Shown: piece by piece, positions 1 to 10,362 of the stretch
How the letters are laid out: the number at the start of each line of letters is the position of its first letter
Position numbering within the stretch: the first letter of the stretch is position 1
IMG/VR virus record: IMGVR_UViG_3300020455_000008
Location: 20,946 to 84,945 of that record
Strand: one strand, 5' to 3'
From: a virus
Length of the DNA: 64,000 nucleotides
Notes under the pieces: model-generated
Told to the model about the DNA's origin: nothing
The model's input: only the letters and a program-made list of their open reading frames with translations
Databases searched by the model: none
Program-made: the position numbers and the translations under genes

Positions 1-94
1 AGCATATGATAATGACGACTATGAAGATTACTTAGATAGAAGAAAAAGGTTTGCTTGGTTAGGTCGTAAGTAGTTCTGAGATACTAGGGTCGCT

Positions 95-135
95 CTTATA
101 TATAATATATAATATAAGATATACTTTATTATAAG
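95..135. promoter_or_regulatory. CTTATA-(AT)n-TATAAG element, copy 1
   Basis: Same architecture at 16437 and 44018; upstream of endolysin. Confidence 0.4.
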
Positions 136-169
136 GGAGAGCACTTCAGTTCTCAGAAAAGGAAAACCA

Positions 170-1099
170 ATGTCATCTAGTGTTAGGCATACTAGAGCTT
201 CGGCTTGCTCATATAATCTAAAGTCTTCAAAATCTATTGGTTGGTTATCTGCCATGCCCGAAAGTGCAATGGACTGTTATCCAGGCTTAGGGGAAGATCC
301 TAGTAGCAGTGAGTTAGCAGAAGCCGTAGAACAGTTTCAGCTTGAGAATGACCTTATTGTTGATGGGAAGCTTGGGCGTGGTACTTGGGGCTTAATATTA
401 AAAACCTTTAACCATATCGCAAATGAGGACTCCTTTTGGACGATTAATGACCAAAGGGTAGGGGTGCAGACTGACGACAGAGTAAAAATGGTCAATTTTG
501 ATCAACCCAAGGGTCTTGACCTGCATAGGTTTGGCCACTTCTCTAGCAGGAAGAGCAGGAATCCACACTTAATCGTTGTTCACTGGGGCGGTCTTGATCC
601 TCATCACTGTTATCGAGTATTCAGTTCCCCCGACAGAGAGGTGTCTAGTCACGCAGGTATTGGCTTAGACATTGATGGGTCACCTACCATCTATCAATAC
701 CTCGACCTAAACCACAAGGCTTGGCATGGAGGATGGGTGAACTCTTACTCAGTGGGTATCGATATTTGCCAGCAACCCTCCCTCAAGTGGAAGGATCATT
801 ATGAAAAGAAGGGTTATATAGTTCCCGTAAAACAAAATGATACAGGTCGTGGCGATAAACGTGTTCTAAGTCTTAGCCTTGGAGTTGCGCTTGCTACTAG
901 AGAAGCAGTAAAGACCTTGTGTTCTGTTTTAGATATACCGTATCAGTTCCCTATGCACTCTGATGGGTCATACAACCATAATGTTCTTAGCAAGGACTAT
1001 CTACTAAATGGTTTTACTGGTGTGGTAGGCCATCATCACTTAACTGCCAAAAAATGGGATTGCGCTTGCTGGTGGGAGGATATATTCGATGAGCGTTAG
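170..1099 (+). CDS. Endolysin: peptidoglycan-binding domain + N-acetylmuramoyl-L-alanine amidase (Amidase_2 type)
   Basis: AVEQFQLENDLIVDGKLGRGTW (PG_binding_1); IVVHW, SSHAGI, AWHGGWVNSYSVGIDIC, GHHH amidase motifs. True start may be downstream (253). Confidence 0.85.
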   Translation: MSSSVRHTRASACSYNLKSSKSIGWLSAMPESAMDCYPGLGEDPSSSELAEAVEQFQLENDLIVDGKLGRGTWGLILKTFNHIANEDSFWTINDQRVGVQTDDRVKMVNFDQPKGLDLHRFGHFSSRKSRNPHLIVVHWGGLDPHHCYRVFSSPDREVSSHAGIGLDIDGSPTIYQYLDLNHKAWHGGWVNSYSVGIDICQQPSLKWKDHYEKKGYIVPVKQNDTGRGDKRVLSLSLGVALATREAVKTLCSVLDIPYQFPMHSDGSYNHNVLSKDYLLNGFTGVVGHHHLTAKKWDCACWWEDIFDER

Positions 1100-1352
1100 T
1101 GATGAGCAGTTAATAGCGAAAAGCGTTCAGTATTCAGCAAGCGGTTTTGTAAACAAGTTTGAAGAAGACTGTAATGCAAGTTTATTGAGTGTTACGACTT
1201 TGAATAAGATTAACTTTGAAAAGCAAAAGGATATTGTGGTCTTACACAAGATGGGCGGTGGGGCTTTACCCTATAAAGTAGGCTCTTGGGAACAGACTAG
1301 AGAAGTAAGAGGTTCACTTGTCTCAATTGGGGTGTATAAAAAACATAGATAA
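1089..1352 (+). CDS. Hypothetical protein
   Basis: ORF overlapping endolysin stop. Confidence 0.6.
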   Translation: MSVSDEQLIAKSVQYSASGFVNKFEEDCNASLLSVTTLNKINFEKQKDIVVLHKMGGGALPYKVGSWEQTREVRGSLVSIGVYKKHR

Positions 1353-1421
1353 ATTTTATTGACGTTTTGTAGGCAAGGGTATATGTCTTTGGTTAGTCAA
1401 GGTTTCGACAAAGGAGAAGAC

Positions 1422-1643
1422 ATGGTACGCCTAGACAGTAAAAAAAATAAACTTGTGCTCGATCTTAAGCATGATACAGGTAAGCAACTTGCCGCAATGG
1501 TTCTGCAAGCCATTTACTTGTATGGCGCTGAATCTGAAGAGGACAAAGCTATCCTTCGGCAAATGGAGAGGATGATAAAGGGTGAAGAACCTTCAGTGAC
1601 AGTTGATCTAAAAGATTACTTGAAGGGTGGTAAGAATGATTGA
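1422..1643 (+). CDS. Hypothetical protein
   Basis: AGGAG RBS before ATG 1422 (track start 1359). Confidence 0.65.
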   Translation: MVRLDSKKNKLVLDLKHDTGKQLAAMVLQAIYLYGAESEEDKAILRQMERMIKGEEPSVTVDLKDYLKGGKND

Positions 1644-2484
1644 GTTCTCTAGCCTAAGTGCTGAAGGGTTCCTGCCTGTCAGTCGAGTATTTCTTACTAA
1701 TTATCGAAGTTTAAATATCAGTATGGAAGAAGCTATGCTGGTATTGCATTTATTGGATCATAGTTGGTTTGGTAACAGAGAGTTCCCTAGTGCAGAGTAT
1801 TTTGCAAAGAAGACAGGTAAAAGTGGTCAAACAGTTAGGGCTTATCTTCGTTCACTCAGTCACAAAGGCTACTTAATACCTATTCGCTCTGAAACAGGTG
1901 ATAAGACCTTTGATTACAGTCCACTTCTAGGCGCACTAAAGGACTTAGCTGGTGTTCCCGTTGCTGAAGAAGAGAAGCCAAAACCTATGCATGACGAGTC
2001 TCCCAAAGATCCACTTAAAGAGCTGATAGATACGTCAATGGCTATGGCAAAAGACAAGTCTAAGAAAAGAGCGCCTGTGCAGACGAAACCCGCACATTGG
2101 CGCAGATTGCAAGCGTTTAACGACAAGACTCCCGAACAATATAATGCTAAAGATATGGAGTTTGTTATGGCTCAAGAATGGCGTAAGAAATGGCAGTCTC
2201 CGCCCCCACGATTCTTTGGTCGGGATATGAAGCATACCAAGGATCTGATCAGTATTTATGGTGCAGATGTCGTTTCTGATGTAATCACTAAGTGTGTAGC
2301 TGACTGGGAGTCAATTGCGCCTAAGTTTAATATTAAGGGCTACCCTAGTATGCCCATATTTTGGGGGTTTCGTAACTCCATATTCCCGTTAATGATAGAT
2401 GGCGAACTTGACAACAAGCCCTCGTGGGGCAGTCAGTTTAGCGATACAGAAGACACTCCCGATGGGGGTGAGATAGGATGGTAA
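1627..2484 (+). CDS. Replication initiator-like protein with N-terminal winged HTH (DnaD-N-like)
   Basis: FLTNYRSLNISMEEAMLVLHL...FPSAEYFAKKTG...LRSLSHKGYL; lies just before loader and helicase. Confidence 0.65.
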   Translation: MVRMIEFSSLSAEGFLPVSRVFLTNYRSLNISMEEAMLVLHLLDHSWFGNREFPSAEYFAKKTGKSGQTVRAYLRSLSHKGYLIPIRSETGDKTFDYSPLLGALKDLAGVPVAEEEKPKPMHDESPKDPLKELIDTSMAMAKDKSKKRAPVQTKPAHWRRLQAFNDKTPEQYNAKDMEFVMAQEWRKKWQSPPPRFFGRDMKHTKDLISIYGADVVSDVITKCVADWESIAPKFNIKGYPSMPIFWGFRNSIFPLMIDGELDNKPSWGSQFSDTEDTPDGGEIGW

Positions 2485-2485
2485 A

Positions 2486-2773
2486 ATGTCTTTTACTGAA
2501 ACACAAAAAATAGGAATTGTCGTTAATGATGATCCAACAAATCACCTACACCGTTTATATGCTATGCGGATAGAAGTCGGTGACAGATACAGTAAATATT
2601 TTATATTAGACCAAGTAAGAAGCGGCAAAAGAGCTACTCTCAGACGAGAGAGAGTACTAACCGTTGACCTCCCAAGACAAGCAAGAGAAGCTGCAAGAAA
2701 GTGGCGTATTCTCAGACAAAATATCGAGGTGTTAAATGAGGACAGTGAATCCAAAACCAAGAAATCTAAATGA
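2486..2773 (+). CDS. Hypothetical protein, possibly WGR-domain-like
   Basis: DPTNHLHRLYAMRI pattern weakly resembles the WGR N-terminus. Confidence 0.4.
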   Translation: MSFTETQKIGIVVNDDPTNHLHRLYAMRIEVGDRYSKYFILDQVRSGKRATLRRERVLTVDLPRQAREAARKWRILRQNIEVLNEDSESKTKKSK

Positions 2774-3359
2774 GGAAACTCTACACCGAATGAACATAGG
2801 TAGACGGTACTGGTCTGCTGAAATGTCACAGGTAGAAGAATCTCCCGCTAAAACTATATTCAGACGCTATGCACAAGACCTTACAACTAACTATGACCAA
2901 GGTTGGGGGATTTTCTTATATGGTTCTAACGGTATAGGGAAGACATATACAGCCTGTGCCTTTTTGAAAGAGATACAAAAGAGAGGTTACTCTACCTACT
3001 GTGTTCTAGCCGATGTTCTGAAGGTTGCGTACATCGATGGTCAACGATTCGACCAAGACAACTCTGTTGTCCAGCGTGTAGAGTCAGTCGATTTTCTTCT
3101 CCTAGAGGATCTTGGGAAGGAGTATTCAGGTAAGGGGAGTGGTTTTGCTGAGTTATGTTTTGAGAATATGCTCAGAAAACGCTCTAGGGAGTGCTTACCT
3201 ACAATTGTGACCACCAACCTATCTCCCAAAGCCTTTCAAGAGCGCTACAAGCAATCTGCGGCTTCTTTGGCTATGGAATGTATGGTTGCTTGTCAAATGA
3301 AGGGCGCTGATCGTAGGAAGGTTGCGGGTAGCGTCAAGACTCAGGAGCTATCTGTATGA
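2736..3359 (+). CDS. DnaC/IstB-like helicase loader ATPase
   Basis: Walker A GSNGIGKT, Walker B LLLEDLGKE, PTIVTTN. Confidence 0.85.
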   Translation: MRTVNPKPRNLNEETLHRMNIGRRYWSAEMSQVEESPAKTIFRRYAQDLTTNYDQGWGIFLYGSNGIGKTYTACAFLKEIQKRGYSTYCVLADVLKVAYIDGQRFDQDNSVVQRVESVDFLLLEDLGKEYSGKGSGFAELCFENMLRKRSRECLPTIVTTNLSPKAFQERYKQSAASLAMECMVACQMKGADRRKVAGSVKTQELSV

Positions 3360-3706
3360 TGAGGGGTAACATAGCCAACACTGTTGTGCCCACCTTGTGG
3401 ATTCACTCTGATTGTGTATTGGAATACACAGGGAGGTGGCTATACATTGGTACGAAACAGTATTCTAAGAAGAATGAAAGTTGGTTATGGGGCGTGAGCT
3501 ACCTTCTTAGACCAGTTATTGTATACATAGACCAAGAACCTAATAAGTTGTTATCTGATTATGATAGCTTGCAATTCACGAACTTTAAAGAGTGTCGTGA
3601 CACGCTAAGGCGTAATCACCGAGCAGTCGAAATGGTAGTGGCAGATCCTAACTTGGTCTGCTCTGAGACTGTATTATTTACATCAAGTTTGAAAAGATAT
3701 TGTTAA
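3356..3706 (+). CDS. Hypothetical phage protein
   Basis: Coupled ORF (ATGA overlap) in replication operon. Confidence 0.65.
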   Translation: MMRGNIANTVVPTLWIHSDCVLEYTGRWLYIGTKQYSKKNESWLWGVSYLLRPVIVYIDQEPNKLLSDYDSLQFTNFKECRDTLRRNHRAVEMVVADPNLVCSETVLFTSSLKRYC

Positions 3707-3709
3707 GAC

Positions 3710-4936
3710 ATGGATATTGAAAAAAGAATCATCGACAAATGCGCTGAGTCACCCAAGCTGTATGCAGAAGCGATTGACATGGCAGTCATACCCGAAATGT
3801 TCAATGGGATGTATGCTGAGATATGGGAGTTCTCAGTCAACTACTTAAAAGTACATGGTGTTGGGCCGACTGATGAAGCCATTAATAATCAGTTCAATGA
3901 TTACATTTGGGATTTCCCTGCGCCTGAACCACTGACATACTACGTAGAGCAGTTAAAGAGAAAACACGCCTTTAATCTTACGCTAACTGGTATACAGAGT
4001 GCTTATGACAACCTAAATAAGCGAGAAGTAGAGAAGGCAGTCGATCACCTACGTGACGCTCTTAGGAAGATCGAGGACGCTACCGCAAGTGAAGCAGATC
4101 TTGACTGGGGTGCTTCTGCTGAACAGCGATATAACGATTACCTAGAGATCCAAAGCAAGGGCGGTATTGATGGTTATCGAACCCCATTTAATACCTTGGA
4201 TGAAGCTACCCAAGGTTGGCATGACGGTGAGTTTATTCTTGTTGTTGCAAGGCAGGGTGTGGGTAAGACCTGGTTGACCAACATTATGGCCCATAAGAAC
4301 TATCGTGATGGTTTGAAGGTTCTATACTTCACAAAAGAAATGCCTAGTAATCAAGTTGCACGTCGCTTTGACGCTCTCGAATATAATCTCCCTTACCAAG
4401 ATCTAAGAAGCGGTAAGTTAAACTCATTTAGGGAAGCTGAGTGGAGGGATAAGGTACAAGAGGGTTTGCCCATAGGTCAGATGGTGATTGTAGGTGAGGA
4501 AACAGGCGGTGTCTCCCAAGTAGCCGCAAAGATCGAACGCCATAGGCCTGATATTATTTTTATCGATGGTATGTATCTGATGGACGATGACCAAAGAGCT
4601 AGAGATAACTGGTTAAAGATCAGTAATATTTCAAGAGATATGAAGCGACTAGCTAAAAGAGTGATGATACCTATTATTGCTACGGTTCAGTTTAATCGTA
4701 GTGCAGACAATGCTAAGGGTGACGCTTCTAATATTGCTTATGGTGATATTGCTAAGGACGCAGATATTATATTGGGTTTATTCCAAGACGAAGACCAACG
4801 TCTTGATAAGCGTATGACACTACGTGTCCTAAAACAGAGAGAGGGTAGTAGACCAGAGATCGAGTTAGACTGGGATATGGATAATATGAAGTTTGCTGAG
4901 GTAGCCCAAGACCCATTCAAGGCGGTAGACTTCTAA
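3710..4936 (+). CDS. dnaB: Replicative DnaB-like helicase
   Basis: ARQGVGKT, YFTKEM, IFIDGMYLM, QFNR, DADIIL, KQREG. Confidence 0.9.
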   Translation: MDIEKRIIDKCAESPKLYAEAIDMAVIPEMFNGMYAEIWEFSVNYLKVHGVGPTDEAINNQFNDYIWDFPAPEPLTYYVEQLKRKHAFNLTLTGIQSAYDNLNKREVEKAVDHLRDALRKIEDATASEADLDWGASAEQRYNDYLEIQSKGGIDGYRTPFNTLDEATQGWHDGEFILVVARQGVGKTWLTNIMAHKNYRDGLKVLYFTKEMPSNQVARRFDALEYNLPYQDLRSGKLNSFREAEWRDKVQEGLPIGQMVIVGEETGGVSQVAAKIERHRPDIIFIDGMYLMDDDQRARDNWLKISNISRDMKRLAKRVMIPIIATVQFNRSADNAKGDASNIAYGDIAKDADIILGLFQDEDQRLDKRMTLRVLKQREGSRPEIELDWDMDNMKFAEVAQDPFKAVDF

Positions 4937-5901
4937 TGAGTAAACAAGAAACAGTATTTGACATATTAACCAAGAGCAACTTTAGGCCAAAGTTGGGTGC
5001 TGAGAATATTAGTATCCCTTGCCCTCTAGCTCCGTATACTCCACTACATAAAAACAATTATGACAGTAGACCTAGTATGGGTATCAGGGTAACCGATACC
5101 GCAGTTTTGGTGAACTGCTTTACTTGTGGGTTCAAGAGTGGACAGCTCTCCTATCTTTATAGCCGTTTAGCTCACCATGATAATAGCTGGCAACCTGCAC
5201 TACAGGCTGTGCAAGATATGGAGTCTAAATATCTAGGAGATGGACTGAATAGTCTGAAGCATATGGGATATTATAAGCAGTCGGTACAAGAGGATAAACC
5301 TTTAGATGAATCTCTGTTTGAGCCTTACTCAAGAAAGTTTGCGCCTTATCTACAAAAGCGGGGAATCACGCTAGAAACGGGTAAGCGTTGGGGTGTTGGT
5401 GTTGACCGAGAACAAAAAAGGGCTGTAATACCCGTAAGGGATACACAAGGGCAATTATGGGGTGCTGTAGGTAGGTCGTATAATGGCGCTAAACCGAAGT
5501 ATTTAAACTACTGGGAGATGAAGAAGGGTGCTCATTTGTTGGGTGCTCAGTTGATAACTCAGGCTAAGACTACTGTGATAGTCGAGGGTAGCCTAGACGC
5601 TATGTTAGCAGATCAAGCTCTGAGACAAGCGGGTTACGCAGACGATTATAACGTAGTAAGCATATTAGGTGCTTCAATGTCTGAAGCACAAGCCCATAAA
5701 ATAGTAGCCTGTTCTAACGCCATAGTAGTTGCACTAGACGCAGACGAAGCTGGTCAACGTGGTGTTACTCGAATAAAAGACTTACTTGGTAGCAGATTAC
5801 TCACTAGATATGCACACATAAGCTCTGTAAATAAGAAGGACTTTGGTGAGTGTTCGCCAAGTCAAATAGTAGAAGTTATTCTCGGAGCTTCTTTAATATA
5901 A
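4936..5901 (+). CDS. DNA primase (Zn-binding + TOPRIM)
   Basis: CPLAP..H, CFTC, PKYLN, IVEGSLDA, ALDADEAG. Confidence 0.9.
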   Translation: MSKQETVFDILTKSNFRPKLGAENISIPCPLAPYTPLHKNNYDSRPSMGIRVTDTAVLVNCFTCGFKSGQLSYLYSRLAHHDNSWQPALQAVQDMESKYLGDGLNSLKHMGYYKQSVQEDKPLDESLFEPYSRKFAPYLQKRGITLETGKRWGVGVDREQKRAVIPVRDTQGQLWGAVGRSYNGAKPKYLNYWEMKKGAHLLGAQLITQAKTTVIVEGSLDAMLADQALRQAGYADDYNVVSILGASMSEAQAHKIVACSNAIVVALDADEAGQRGVTRIKDLLGSRLLTRYAHISSVNKKDFGECSPSQIVEVILGASLI

Positions 5902-5918
5902 ATTGTTTTTGAAAACTA

Positions 5919-5947
5919 TTGATTAATACCTATTTTGCGGGTACAAA
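5919..5947 (+). promoter_or_regulatory. Sigma70-like promoter
   Basis: TTGATT-17-TACAAA, abutting a palindrome copy at 5904. Confidence 0.4.
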
Positions 5948-5966
5948 GAAACCTCCACCAACATAG

Positions 5967-6758
5967 ATGACGAAAGGTTCAGAGATGAGTTGGTATAATA
6001 ATGACGCTGGGTTCGTACAGAACCAACCTAAGAAATACACCAAACGATTTTGGATGCCGAATAACACAGATCGTTTGATTACATTCATTGATACGCCCAT
6101 AGTGGAGTTCGATGGCGTAAAAATTCAAACACCCTTCAAGTACAACGAGTACCAAATACAGCTAAACGGCAGTTGGAAGAACTGGTTTACACAACCTATT
6201 GACCCTAGCCAAGATGTTCTGAAAGAAATGGGATATAAGGCAAGTAAAGTTGCAGTTCTTACTGTTATCGATCATGCCGAATGGACAGACCGAAATGGTG
6301 CGGTACATAAGGATGAGCTTTCTCTTTACGTTGTAAAGAGATCACAACCTATTTGGGCGCAACTCGAAAAGATCATTGCAAGAGAGGGTGACCTCAGTGG
6401 TAAGACCTTCAGAGTCCATCGTATGGGAGACAAAAGCCCTGGCAGTGGTTCAATGCTTGAGAAGTATGAACAAAACTTTCCATTAGACCCTAACGTACAT
6501 AAGCCCTTCAACTACCTAGAGCTTCTAAAGCCAAAGAGTAAAGAAGAACTCGAAGCTTTATTTAACCCCGATATGAATGACCCATTCAAGCAGAGTTCTT
6601 CATCTAACTCTTCGGGTGCAGATTGGAGTCAAAGTACTAATAATAGTTGGAGTCAACAAGGTCAGACTCAAGCCCAAAATGCTGGTTGGGGCACTCCCGA
6701 TCAAAGTCGAGTGTTTGGCGCAACCAGCAATGGATCAAGTGATCCTATTCCCTTCTAA
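5967..6758 (+). CDS. Single-stranded DNA-binding protein-like
   Basis: Between primase and polymerase; KRFWMP N-terminus; S/Q/N-rich tail ending DPIPF. Confidence 0.65.
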   Translation: MTKGSEMSWYNNDAGFVQNQPKKYTKRFWMPNNTDRLITFIDTPIVEFDGVKIQTPFKYNEYQIQLNGSWKNWFTQPIDPSQDVLKEMGYKASKVAVLTVIDHAEWTDRNGAVHKDELSLYVVKRSQPIWAQLEKIIAREGDLSGKTFRVHRMGDKSPGSGSMLEKYEQNFPLDPNVHKPFNYLELLKPKSKEELEALFNPDMNDPFKQSSSSNSSGADWSQSTNNSWSQQGQTQAQNAGWGTPDQSRVFGATSNGSSDPIPF

Positions 6759-6868
6759 GCTGCCTAGCTCATAGGTTTCTCCAACACTACAGGGGGGCAT
6801 GGGTGTGCTTAGAATTTAGATGTCCCATCTATCCGCCCTTCGGGGCATTTACCATTAAAAGGAATCAA

Positions 6869-8695
6869 ATGCAGAGTTCTATACTGACCACAAGTTCTCA
6901 GATTGCAAATGTACTATCATTTATCGAGGGGCATACCGAGTTTGCCTTTGATACCGAAACCGATGGCCTTTCTTGGGATAGGCGGTGGATAGGTTTCAGT
7001 TTTGCAGTAAAAATAGGCGATGTATATACGGGCTGGTATATACCCCTTTACCATGAGAAGGGAGATGATCTATTTTCTCCTATTCCTAGTAATGCACCTC
7101 TTGATTGTGCAGACAAGCTTATACGTGAGATTTTTAAACCCGCAAATAAGGTGTGGATTCATAACGCTAAGTTTGATTTGAAAGTTTTACGCAACGAGGG
7201 CTATGATGTAGAAAATCTTTCATGTGAGATATTGGACACCATATGTGTGTCTTGGTTGCTTGAACCTGAGCGTATGGGAGGGCATGGCTTAAAGAGTCTA
7301 GTGCCCACCATATTACACAAAGATATGGGTTCATTTGAGCAGTTTAAGCTATACAAGAAAAACTCATACGCACCAATAGGTACGATGGGTAAATACGCAA
7401 TAGAGGACGCTGTGCTTTTATTAGAACTAGCTCATGCTTTATACCCTTGTTTATCCGATCCATTAAAGAAGGTTTTCCATGAGCTAGAAATGCCTTTAGT
7501 TCTTATTATGGAAGAGGTGGAGCATTATGGGTTTAGGCTAGACGTAGATACCCTAAAAGAGCTAGGAGTTGCTTTGAAAGATAAAGTAGATCACATAGAA
7601 AAAGACTTTAAAAAACTTTTTGGAGATCATGCTCAGATTGCTTCTACTCAATGGCTATCTAATAATCTAGTTGGTAACATATGGGGTATCAGGGGGGAGC
7701 TTAGTAAAAATGGCAAATATTCAACGGACGCAAATGCGTTAGAAGCTTGGGCTTCGGGTGAAGTTGTGGGTACAAGTAAAGTTGGCAGTAAGGTTGCCAA
7801 AAAAGTATTAGAGTATAGAAAAGCTTCAAAGCTGTATTCTACCTACTGTAAAAAGCTTGTAGATACTGCCGACTCAAAAGGTAGGATTCATGGATCATTT
7901 AATCAGTGGGGTACGGGTACGGGTAGATTTAGCTCTAGTAAGCCGAACCTACAGAATATCCCTAGTGGACGTAGCAAAGAAGGCGATCTAATCCGTAGAG
8001 CGTTTATCGCAGAAGATGGTTACAAGCTGATTGTAGCTGACTACTCACAAGTAGAGCTTAGGGTTACTGCCCATCTAAGCGGTGATCCTATAATGACTAA
8101 AATCTACCAAGAGAATGGCGATATACACCAAATGACAGCAGACGCTTGTAACTGCGCTAGATTTGACGCTAAGGCAATCAACTTTGGATTGATCTATAAA
8201 ATGGGAGCTAAAACTCTTAGTGGTCAGATAGATAAAACACCAGCAGAAGCTCAAGACTACATAGACAAGTACTTTGAGAACTACAGAGGTGTAGCCGAGT
8301 TCCAGGACAAGCTGATTGCAGAATGTCGTAAGCGAGGATACACTTGGACGATTACTGGTCGTAGACGACCGCTTAGAAACATAGATAGTTCTAATTTTGG
8401 TCTAAAGAACGCAGATGAGCGTAAAGCGATTAATACACAAGTGCAGGGTAGTGCTGCTGATATTATCAAAATTGGTATGCGTAACTTCTATAGAACACTA
8501 AGAGAACAAGGTTATAGTTCTGAAGACTTCAGAATTATTGGTCAGGTTCACGATGAGGTGGTTGTAGAAGTTAAAGAAAACCTTGCTGAACTAGTGTGCA
8601 ATACTTTGCAGCACGAAATGGAAAATGCCGTAAAGTTAAATGTACCTTTGATTGCTGAACCTAGTATTGGTGACTCTTGGGGAGAAGCAAAGTGA
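6869..8695 (+). CDS. polA: DNA polymerase, family A (3'-5' exonuclease + polymerase)
   Basis: FDTET, HNAKFD, TGRFSSSKPNLQNIP, DYSQVELR, AKAINFGLIY, VHDE. Start chosen after AAGGA (track start 6803). Confidence 0.95.
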   Translation: MQSSILTTSSQIANVLSFIEGHTEFAFDTETDGLSWDRRWIGFSFAVKIGDVYTGWYIPLYHEKGDDLFSPIPSNAPLDCADKLIREIFKPANKVWIHNAKFDLKVLRNEGYDVENLSCEILDTICVSWLLEPERMGGHGLKSLVPTILHKDMGSFEQFKLYKKNSYAPIGTMGKYAIEDAVLLLELAHALYPCLSDPLKKVFHELEMPLVLIMEEVEHYGFRLDVDTLKELGVALKDKVDHIEKDFKKLFGDHAQIASTQWLSNNLVGNIWGIRGELSKNGKYSTDANALEAWASGEVVGTSKVGSKVAKKVLEYRKASKLYSTYCKKLVDTADSKGRIHGSFNQWGTGTGRFSSSKPNLQNIPSGRSKEGDLIRRAFIAEDGYKLIVADYSQVELRVTAHLSGDPIMTKIYQENGDIHQMTADACNCARFDAKAINFGLIYKMGAKTLSGQIDKTPAEAQDYIDKYFENYRGVAEFQDKLIAECRKRGYTWTITGRRRPLRNIDSSNFGLKNADERKAINTQVQGSAADIIKIGMRNFYRTLREQGYSSEDFRIIGQVHDEVVVEVKENLAELVCNTLQHEMENAVKLNVPLIAEPSIGDSWGEAK

Positions 8696-9960
8696 AAGGT
8701 TGGGCATTAAAAAGATCTTGGACGGCCTTTGATCAAGAAGCTTTAACCTTTGGCGAAGCAGAGTATCGATGTGAGTGCTATATTGAGACAGATGAGGGCT
8801 TGCTCGTTCCAAGAGCATATGAGTCCTTCTCTAATCCCGATGATAGTATCACTCTAGGTGGCCAGTTAAGTGACTTATCTCCCATATCTTTAAGACCCGA
8901 ACAAGTGCCCGCAGTCAACGCTATGCTAAAAGTGTTTCACGCTCCAGGCACAGGGGCTATATTGTTTGCTCCTTGTGGAAAGGGTAAAACGGTAATGGGT
9001 CTTGAGATATTAAGAAGACTAAAAAGAAAGGCTCTAGTGCTAGTCCATAAAAGCTTTCTAGTAGACCAGTGGGTAGATAGAGCAAAGACCTTTTTACCTA
9101 AAGCGAAAGTTGGGCTGTGGCAAAGAGATCAAGTGCCTACGGGTGATGAAGACATTGTGATTGGGATGGTGCAGTCTATTGTAAACCCAAAGAGAGATTA
9201 CCCATCTAACCTGTATGAGATGTTCGGCACATTGATTGCAGATGAAACTCATAGGTACGCAGCGCCCATGTGGCAAGAAGCAATTAGCAACTTTACTGCT
9301 AGTTATCGAATAGGTTTAACCGCAACTCCAGAGCGTAAAGATGGATTACATCATGTATTCTATTCACATATTGGTCCGATTGCTTACTATATGGAAGGTC
9401 ATAAAAGGTTGCCATTAATATGGCGAATCGACACAGAAACGGTGTTTCCTCAGCGATCCTATCTTTTGTATAATGGAGAAGTCAATACTTCTAAGCTTGT
9501 CACTATGATCTCACAAGTAGAGCCAAGGACAGACAGAATAGTAGATTTTGCAATAAGGGCCTTAAATAAGGGAAGAAAGGTGCTTATTCTCTCAGAGAGG
9601 GTTGCGCACACAAAGGAAATGAATGAGCTGTTAAAGAGCAAGCTGAGTGATGATATGGCTAGTGCTTTATACATAGGAGGTATGAAGCAATCTGAGAGAG
9701 AAAAGGCAAGCGAAGCTGATGTGATATGCGGTACATATGCAATGGCGCAAGAGGGATTGGATATACCAGCACTAGATACATTGATTCTAGCTACGCCCAA
9801 AACATCCATTACCCAAAGTGTGGGTCGCATACTCAGAGATTCTCCCGACAAGAAAGACCCAGTAGTGGTAGACTTTGTAGACTCTGCTATTCCAATTCTT
9901 ATGGCGTATTGGGGCGCTAGAAAAAAGACTTACAAAAAATTAGGATATAATTTCTTTTGA
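8692..9960 (+). CDS. Superfamily 2 helicase
   Basis: APCGKGKT, DETH, GLTATPER, EGLDIP, QSVGRILR; GTG overlaps polA stop. Confidence 0.9.
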   Translation: MKGWALKRSWTAFDQEALTFGEAEYRCECYIETDEGLLVPRAYESFSNPDDSITLGGQLSDLSPISLRPEQVPAVNAMLKVFHAPGTGAILFAPCGKGKTVMGLEILRRLKRKALVLVHKSFLVDQWVDRAKTFLPKAKVGLWQRDQVPTGDEDIVIGMVQSIVNPKRDYPSNLYEMFGTLIADETHRYAAPMWQEAISNFTASYRIGLTATPERKDGLHHVFYSHIGPIAYYMEGHKRLPLIWRIDTETVFPQRSYLLYNGEVNTSKLVTMISQVEPRTDRIVDFAIRALNKGRKVLILSERVAHTKEMNELLKSKLSDDMASALYIGGMKQSEREKASEADVICGTYAMAQEGLDIPALDTLILATPKTSITQSVGRILRDSPDKKDPVVVDFVDSAIPILMAYWGARKKTYKKLGYNFF

Positions 9961-9985
9961 CATACCATGTATTGGTATCTATGGT
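9957..9985 (+). promoter_or_regulatory. Sigma70-like promoter
   Basis: TTGACA-17-TATGGT upstream of RBS and gene 10006. Confidence 0.55.
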
Positions 9986-10005
9986 GGTTGTGAAAGGAGA
10001 GTTTT

Positions 10006-10362
10006 ATGAAAGAACTCATTTACGAGTACCATGCGATTCAATCTCAAATAAGAGGTCTTGAGCAGAAAAAAAAAGACCTAAAGTTTAGGATTGACTTAGC
10101 GCTAAGTGCAGAAGACACAAACAAATATGAAGACAGTCATTATAGTGCTGTATTATCTCAACACCAAAGAGTTAAGTATGACCTAGAAGGTATTGAGCAC
10201 TTACTTTTACATAAAGGTATACCTGTTGATCGCTTTATTGAGACTAAAGTAGACCTAAAGAAAGTAGAATCTTTAATAGCAGAGGGTTATGTAGACCCTT
10301 CTGAGCTTGTAGACTTTGCCGAAGTCAAGACAATAAAAACATTAACAGTAAAGGAAACTTAA
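10006..10362 (+). CDS. Hypothetical coiled-coil phage protein
   Basis: AGGAG RBS; helical N-terminus. Confidence 0.7.
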   Translation: MKELIYEYHAIQSQIRGLEQKKKDLKFRIDLALSAEDTNKYEDSHYSAVLSQHQRVKYDLEGIEHLLLHKGIPVDRFIETKVDLKKVESLIAEGYVDPSELVDFAEVKTIKTLTVKET